Shown: positions 59,715 to 64,000 of the stretch, in pieces | How the letters are laid out: every line of letters starts with the position of its first letter | How positions within the stretch are numbered: position 1 is the stretch's first letter | Origin: Dokdonia sp. | GTDB lineage: Bacteria; Bacteroidota; Bacteroidia; Flavobacteriales; Flavobacteriaceae | Assembly: GCA_047622005.1 (NCBI GenBank) | Contig: JBLHML010000008.1 | Location: forward strand, 20,733 to 84,732 | DNA: 64,000 bases | Reading direction: 5' to 3' | Notes under the pieces: model-generated | Told to the model about the DNA's origin: nothing | Seen by the model: the letters and a program-made list of their open reading frames with translations, nothing else | Database searches by the model: none | Made by a program: the position numbers and the translations under genes

Positions 59715-60311
59715 TTATTCTTTTATTAACTCAGTTCTCACGCTTTCTGGAATAATAGAATCGACTAACATTTTCATAGCATCGTCATTTCCTAAAAATT
59801 TCCATCCATTATATTTTGGATCCTTAATAGCAAACATCGTCGCATCCATATTAATAACTAAAGACATCGTTTTTAAGTCTGAAGCGACATTTGCTGCTCC
59901 AAATTGGGAATCCATTGTGGACTTCATCATCTCTAAAAACCCTTTTCTATCTTCTTCTGGTTTATCTTGTTCAGACACAAATGTCATTTTCATTTTACTA
60001 TTATAAAAAACAGCTGCATAAGTTATTTTTTCTACAACTTTTTCTTCGGAAACTTTAGTAACATCATTAGAAATGAACTCGATTTTCATTTCTGGAGAGC
60101 TAAACATTTGCTCCATACCTGCTTTCATTTGTGCTCTTGGAGCCATTTCGAAAACTTTGGGATACATATAATCCAAGACACCATCAAAATTTTGAGCAGT
60201 CATATAATCATAATAGATTTGAGCATTTTTAGTAATCTCAGCTGTATGAGATTGCGCAAAACTTGCCGAAGTAAAAAGTAGAGCAAATATTAATGTGGTA
60301 AAGTTTTTCAT
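59715..60311 (-). CDS. Exported hypothetical protein (NTF2-like fold possible)
   Basis: Signal peptide from ATG 60311 (MKNFTTLIFALLFTSASFAQ); DYMYPKVFE, GWKFL. Confidence 0.7.
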   Translation of the reverse strand: MKNFTTLIFALLFTSASFAQSHTAEITKNAQIYYDYMTAQNFDGVLDYMYPKVFEMAPRAQMKAGMEQMFSSPEMKIEFISNDVTKVSEEKVVEKITYAAVFYNSKMKMTFVSEQDKPEEDRKGFLEMMKSTMDSQFGAANVASDLKTMSLVINMDATMFAIKDPKYNGWKFLGNDDAMKMLVDSIIPESVRTELIKE

Positions 60312-60399
60312 AGTGTAATTTGTTTTTGCAAAAATACGACAGTATTTGTTAAAGATTAAATTCCCTAAGTCAAAAATGGGTTTCACTTAACAAAATAGT

Positions 60400-60691
60400 C
60401 TTTTCACGCAATTCTAATTTCAAAAAATGAAGGTATGCAGTATTTTTGAAATAGATTTAAGGAACTTATGCTATAAAAATAAAAGATTGGTTTAAATTCA
60501 ATACTGCCTTTACCCACCATTATCTTGGCAACAATGGATTTAAAATTGCGCTTGAGAAAAAATTTGATATAGGAACTGATCTATATGAAGCAAGTGGTGA
60601 CCTGAATAAAGGGTCAGAGTTGGTTCATAACTTAAACCCAATGAGTCCAAATTTTGGATATTTAAAAGAAAAACCATGTAACGAAAATTAA
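60400..60691 (+). pseudogene. Orphan C-terminal fragment of an effector like 53089-54525 (5' boundary approximate)
   Basis: Frame from 60542 reads KIALEKKFDIGTDLYEASGDLNKGSELVHNLNPMSPNFGYLKEKPCNEN*, with a similar C.EN* ending and the same position just before a DUF6705-like gene. Confidence 0.55.
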
Positions 60692-60701
60692 ATTTTTTAT
60701 T

Positions 60702-61305
60702 ATGAAAAACACATATATACTAATACTACTTTTTACGATAATATTCAGCTCATGCAAAGCGCAAAACACTCCATTATATCGTCCAAATCCAGATCTGCCA
60801 GAAGGCACACACTTTAAGGATTTAGATGGTAATCTTGACAATTTTGAAGGGACATGGAAATGGCAGAGTAACGATTCAATTATTACCATAGTACTACAAA
60901 AAAAAAAGACGTTTTTGACAGTGATTACAACCAATATGAAGACTACCTAGTTGGAGCTTATAAATTTAGAGTAAACGATACTGTCATTGAAGATAATCTC
61001 TCACAATTGAATGACAATTCAATTTTTATACTTGACCATTATATAGCAGGAAATACAATTTTGCATAAAGGTCAATATCCTAAATGTGATGATTGCGTTG
61101 TTGATCAAAGACAAGTATTCGTATATTTTACAGACCCACTTTATGAATATATACATTCAGCAATGGTATTAAGACATAAAGTAGAAAATGGTATTGAAAA
61201 ATGAATGTCGTATTCTATGGTTATAATACTTTTATAGCACCTAGTTTGGACTCACCATTAGTAAATAAAATTCCATTTGGAGATTATACATTTATAAAAC
61301 AATAA
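60702..61305 (+). pseudogene. DUF6705-like gene split by two frameshifts in A-runs
   Basis: HFKDLDGNLDNFEGTWKW; shift at A10 (60898-60907) restores DVFDSDYNQYEDYLVGAY; shift at A5 (61197-61201) restores MNVVFYG...KIPFGDYTFIKQ*. Confidence 0.8.
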
Positions 61306-61311
61306 ATTTCT

Positions 61312-61342
61312 AAAAGCTCCACTCAAAAAAGTGGAGCTTTTT
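61312..61342. terminator. Bidirectional rho-independent terminator
   Basis: AAAAGCTCCACT-CAAAAA-AGTGGAGCTTTT. Confidence 0.8.
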
Positions 61343-61345
61343 CTT

Positions 61346-62239
61346 TTAACCTAAAGCCATCAAGTATTTTTTAGGCGTCGTTCCATATTTCTTTTTAAAA
61401 GCTGAAATAAAATGACTCGATGTACTGTAACCCACTTTAAGCCCAACCTCGTTGACATTATGATCTCCAGCTTCAAGAAGTTTACGAGCGACTTCCATTT
61501 TATAGTCAAATAAGAAACTGAAAACTGAGTCCCCATAAATTTGCTTAAACCCTTCTTTTAGCTTTTTAAGACTGAGGCCTATTTCTTCGCTCAATTCTTG
61601 CAATGTTGGTGGTTCTGCCATGCGAGCAATCATAATATCTTTGGCTTTTCTAATTTTAATGACGTTGGTTTCATCTACTAAAAAAGGACACTGTTCTATA
61701 TCTGCATCTTCACTTCTATTAAAATACAAGCTCAATAGTTCTAAGGCTTTACCTTTAAAATAAAGCGTTTTAATAGAGGAGTTTAAATTAAAATTTATGA
61801 TCTGATTAAGCGCAATGGCCATAGATGGCGAAATTTTACCATCCTTATAATATTTCTTGTCTTTATTATCGACACTTAAAAACGTGATATAATCTGCTTC
61901 TTGAGAAAAGAGACCATGAAATTTCTTTATTGACACTAATACTGTGACCAACCATGATTTAGAATGCACCTCTAGATATATTGGTAAATCACGTTGTGGA
62001 TTGTATAAGAGTAGCGAATTCTCGGCTTCTATTTTTAGTCTGTAATTCCCATTATTAAAGATAAACTCACTAGAACCTTTAATACAAAAATGAAACTGAA
62101 TAAAACTGCTATCAATCTCACGTTGAACTGTTTGTGTAATACTCTCTTCATTTTGATACGTGAATACGAAAAATCCTTCATCTAATGCTGTCTCATTGAA
62201 TGAACCTCTAGCGATATTTTTTGAGTCTGAAAAATCCAT
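61346..62239 (-). CDS. AraC-family regulator (PchR-like), divergent from hemA
   Basis: PPTL.EL, KKLKEGFKQIYG, VGYSTSSHFI.AFKKKYG.TP. Confidence 0.92.
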   Translation of the reverse strand: MDFSDSKNIARGSFNETALDEGFFVFTYQNEESITQTVQREIDSSFIQFHFCIKGSSEFIFNNGNYRLKIEAENSLLLYNPQRDLPIYLEVHSKSWLVTVLVSIKKFHGLFSQEADYITFLSVDNKDKKYYKDGKISPSMAIALNQIINFNLNSSIKTLYFKGKALELLSLYFNRSEDADIEQCPFLVDETNVIKIRKAKDIMIARMAEPPTLQELSEEIGLSLKKLKEGFKQIYGDSVFSFLFDYKMEVARKLLEAGDHNVNEVGLKVGYSTSSHFISAFKKKYGTTPKKYLMALG

Positions 62240-62252
62240 AATATTTTTATTC

Positions 62253-62275
62253 TTATTTAGATTCGTTCTAAACTA
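62253..62275. promoter_or_regulatory. Candidate iron-responsive (Fur-type) box in the AraC/hemA divergon
   Basis: TTATTTAGATTCGTTCTAAACTA; shares TTATTTAGATT and the palindromic layout with the feoA site. Confidence 0.55.
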
Positions 62276-62447
62276 AAACGATTTAAAACCTTGATATGAC
62301 TGTAAAAATATGACATTTATCATGTTTTAAGAACATATAATCGTAAAAAACCACAAACGATACTAAAAGTTCTTCTAGCGTTGTTTTTTGTCGACTAAGC
62401 TTTTTACTTTTGCTTTCGAAGTTTCCAGATAACTTTCCAAATCAAGT

Positions 62448-63710
62448 ATGGAGCACTACAATATGTCGAGAGGCACAACATTTTACGCCATTGGGCTCAG
62501 CTATAAAAAAGCTGATGCCAAAGTTCGCGGTCATTTTAGTTTAGATGACAACGCTAAACGCGCTGTATTGGATCAGGCTAAAGACAATGGTATCGAAAGC
62601 TTAATAGTGACATCTACTTGTAACAGAACAGAAATTTACGGTTTTGCAGAACATCCTTTTCAACTCATTCAATTACTTTGTGACAATACAAAAGGTACGG
62701 TTGAGGAATTTCAAAAAGTAGCCTACGTTTATAAAAACAAAGAGGCTATTTCCCACATTTTTAGAGTTGGTTCAGGTTTAGACAGCCAAATCCTTGGAGA
62801 TTTTGAGATCATTAGTCAGTTGAAAGTCAGCGCTCGATTATCTAGAAAGCACCAATTATTCAATCCGTTTTTAGAACGTCTAGTTAATTCTGTGATCCAA
62901 GCATCTAAGCGTATTAAGACAGAAACCGAAATTTCTTCAGGTGCAACCTCTGTGTCTTTCGCATCTGTTCAATATATCATGAAGTCTATTGAAAACGTTT
63001 CAGAAAAAAATATTTTACTCTTCGGAACAGGGAAAATTGGAAGAAATACCTGTGAGAATTTAGTGAAGCACACTAAGAATCCACATATTACCTTAATTAA
63101 CCGGACAAAAGGCAAAGCAGAAGCTGTTGCTGGTAAATTTAATTTACTAGTGAAAGATTACGCTAATCTTCAGGAAGAAATTAATATTTCAGATATCTTA
63201 GTTGTTGCCACAGGAGCTCAAAACCCAACGGTAGACAAACATTGTATTCAAACGACTAAACCGTTACTTATTTTAGATCTTTCCATTCCGAAGAACGTGA
63301 ATGAGAACGTTTCAGAATTACCCAACGTCACTTTAGTACATCTCGATGATTTAGCACAAATTACTGATGATACTTTAGAGCGGAGAAAAGAACACATTCC
63401 TGTTGCAGAGGAGATTATTGAAGAGGTCAAAACCGAATTCAATGCTTGGCTCGCAACACGAAAGTTTGCGCCAACTATGAAGGCTTTAAAACATAAATTA
63501 ACTGGTTTTGCAACTGCAGAATTAGATACACAACGCAGAAAGATGAGTGATTTCAATGAAGCGCAAGCCGAATTGATTAGCAGTAAAATCATTCAAAAAA
63601 TCACAAATCATTTTGCACATCATTTAAAAGGCGATGATGTTTCTACAGACGACAGCCTAGAACTCATAAAAAAAGTGTTTCAATTAGAAGCTACAACAGA
63701 CAATGTCTAA
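62448..63710 (+). CDS. hemA: Glutamyl-tRNA reductase
   Basis: STCNRTEIY, RVGSGLDSQILGD.EI..Q, GTGKIG, NRT, DLSIPKN. Confidence 0.96.
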   Translation: MEHYNMSRGTTFYAIGLSYKKADAKVRGHFSLDDNAKRAVLDQAKDNGIESLIVTSTCNRTEIYGFAEHPFQLIQLLCDNTKGTVEEFQKVAYVYKNKEAISHIFRVGSGLDSQILGDFEIISQLKVSARLSRKHQLFNPFLERLVNSVIQASKRIKTETEISSGATSVSFASVQYIMKSIENVSEKNILLFGTGKIGRNTCENLVKHTKNPHITLINRTKGKAEAVAGKFNLLVKDYANLQEEINISDILVVATGAQNPTVDKHCIQTTKPLLILDLSIPKNVNENVSELPNVTLVHLDDLAQITDDTLERRKEHIPVAEEIIEEVKTEFNAWLATRKFAPTMKALKHKLTGFATAELDTQRRKMSDFNEAQAELISSKIIQKITNHFAHHLKGDDVSTDDSLELIKKVFQLEATTDNV

Positions 63711-64000
63711 ACTCATAAGAATAGGAACTCGTGATAGCAAATTAGCGCTATGGCAAGCCACAATTATAAAAAGTCAACTCGAACATTTAGGACACAAAAC
63801 AGTCTTAGTACCTGTAAAATCTACAGGAGATATTGTTTTGGATAAGCCTATCTACGAATTGGGAATTACAGGTGTTTTTACAAAAACATTAGATATAGCC
63901 ATGCTCAATGGGCACATTGATATTGCAGTCCATTCGTTCAAAGATGTACCAACGATATTACCAAAAGGTATCGTTCAAGCTGCAGTTATTAAACGTGGCA
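63703..64000 (+). CDS. hemC: Hydroxymethylbilane synthase, 3' end outside the window
   Basis: MSKLIRIGTRDSKLALWQA...STGD...GVFTK...DIAVHS.KDVP; overlaps the hemA stop. Confidence 0.95.
   Translation, partial: MSKLIRIGTRDSKLALWQATIIKSQLEHLGHKTVLVPVKSTGDIVLDKPIYELGITGVFTKTLDIAMLNGHIDIAVHSFKDVPTILPKGIVQAAVIKRG

Noticed and set aside
2310-63592. Short antisense or overlapping ORFs in the ORF track (e.g. 3361-3687, 27152-27580, 31411-31725, 63248-63592)
   Set aside because: They lie within well-supported genes on another frame or strand and have no motifs

Overview
AT-rich (about one third GC by eye) chromosomal window from a Flavobacteriaceae-type bacterium, judged from TAnnTTTG promoters, T9SS C-terminal sorting domains and typical gene order. 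Most of it is housekeeping: metG, tex, ssb, peptidases, an MntR-regulated TonB receptor plus Mn/Zn ABC operon, feoAB, rseP, tRNA-Asn, and the heme genes hemJ, hemH, hemA and hemC. Three accessory systems stand out. (1) A family of TGTC/GTC-tagged palindromic repeats in several subfamilies brackets two decayed stand-alone GIY-YIG nuclease genes, sits in the metG leader, and is also embedded in frame inside a 1036-aa protein. (2) A 48-aa peptide resembling a free-standing PEP-CTERM tail is translationally coupled to an AlkP/sulfatase-TPR-sulfotransferase fusion and lies next to a T9SS-secreted protein. (3) A lipoprotein with a JAMM-like C-terminal domain, carrying an in-frame TAG, is followed by four hairpin-separated DUF6705-like paralogues that hold all four combinations of two variable segments; a second decayed copy of the module lies 3.5 kb away. 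All family assignments come from motif recognition by eye; no searches were run.
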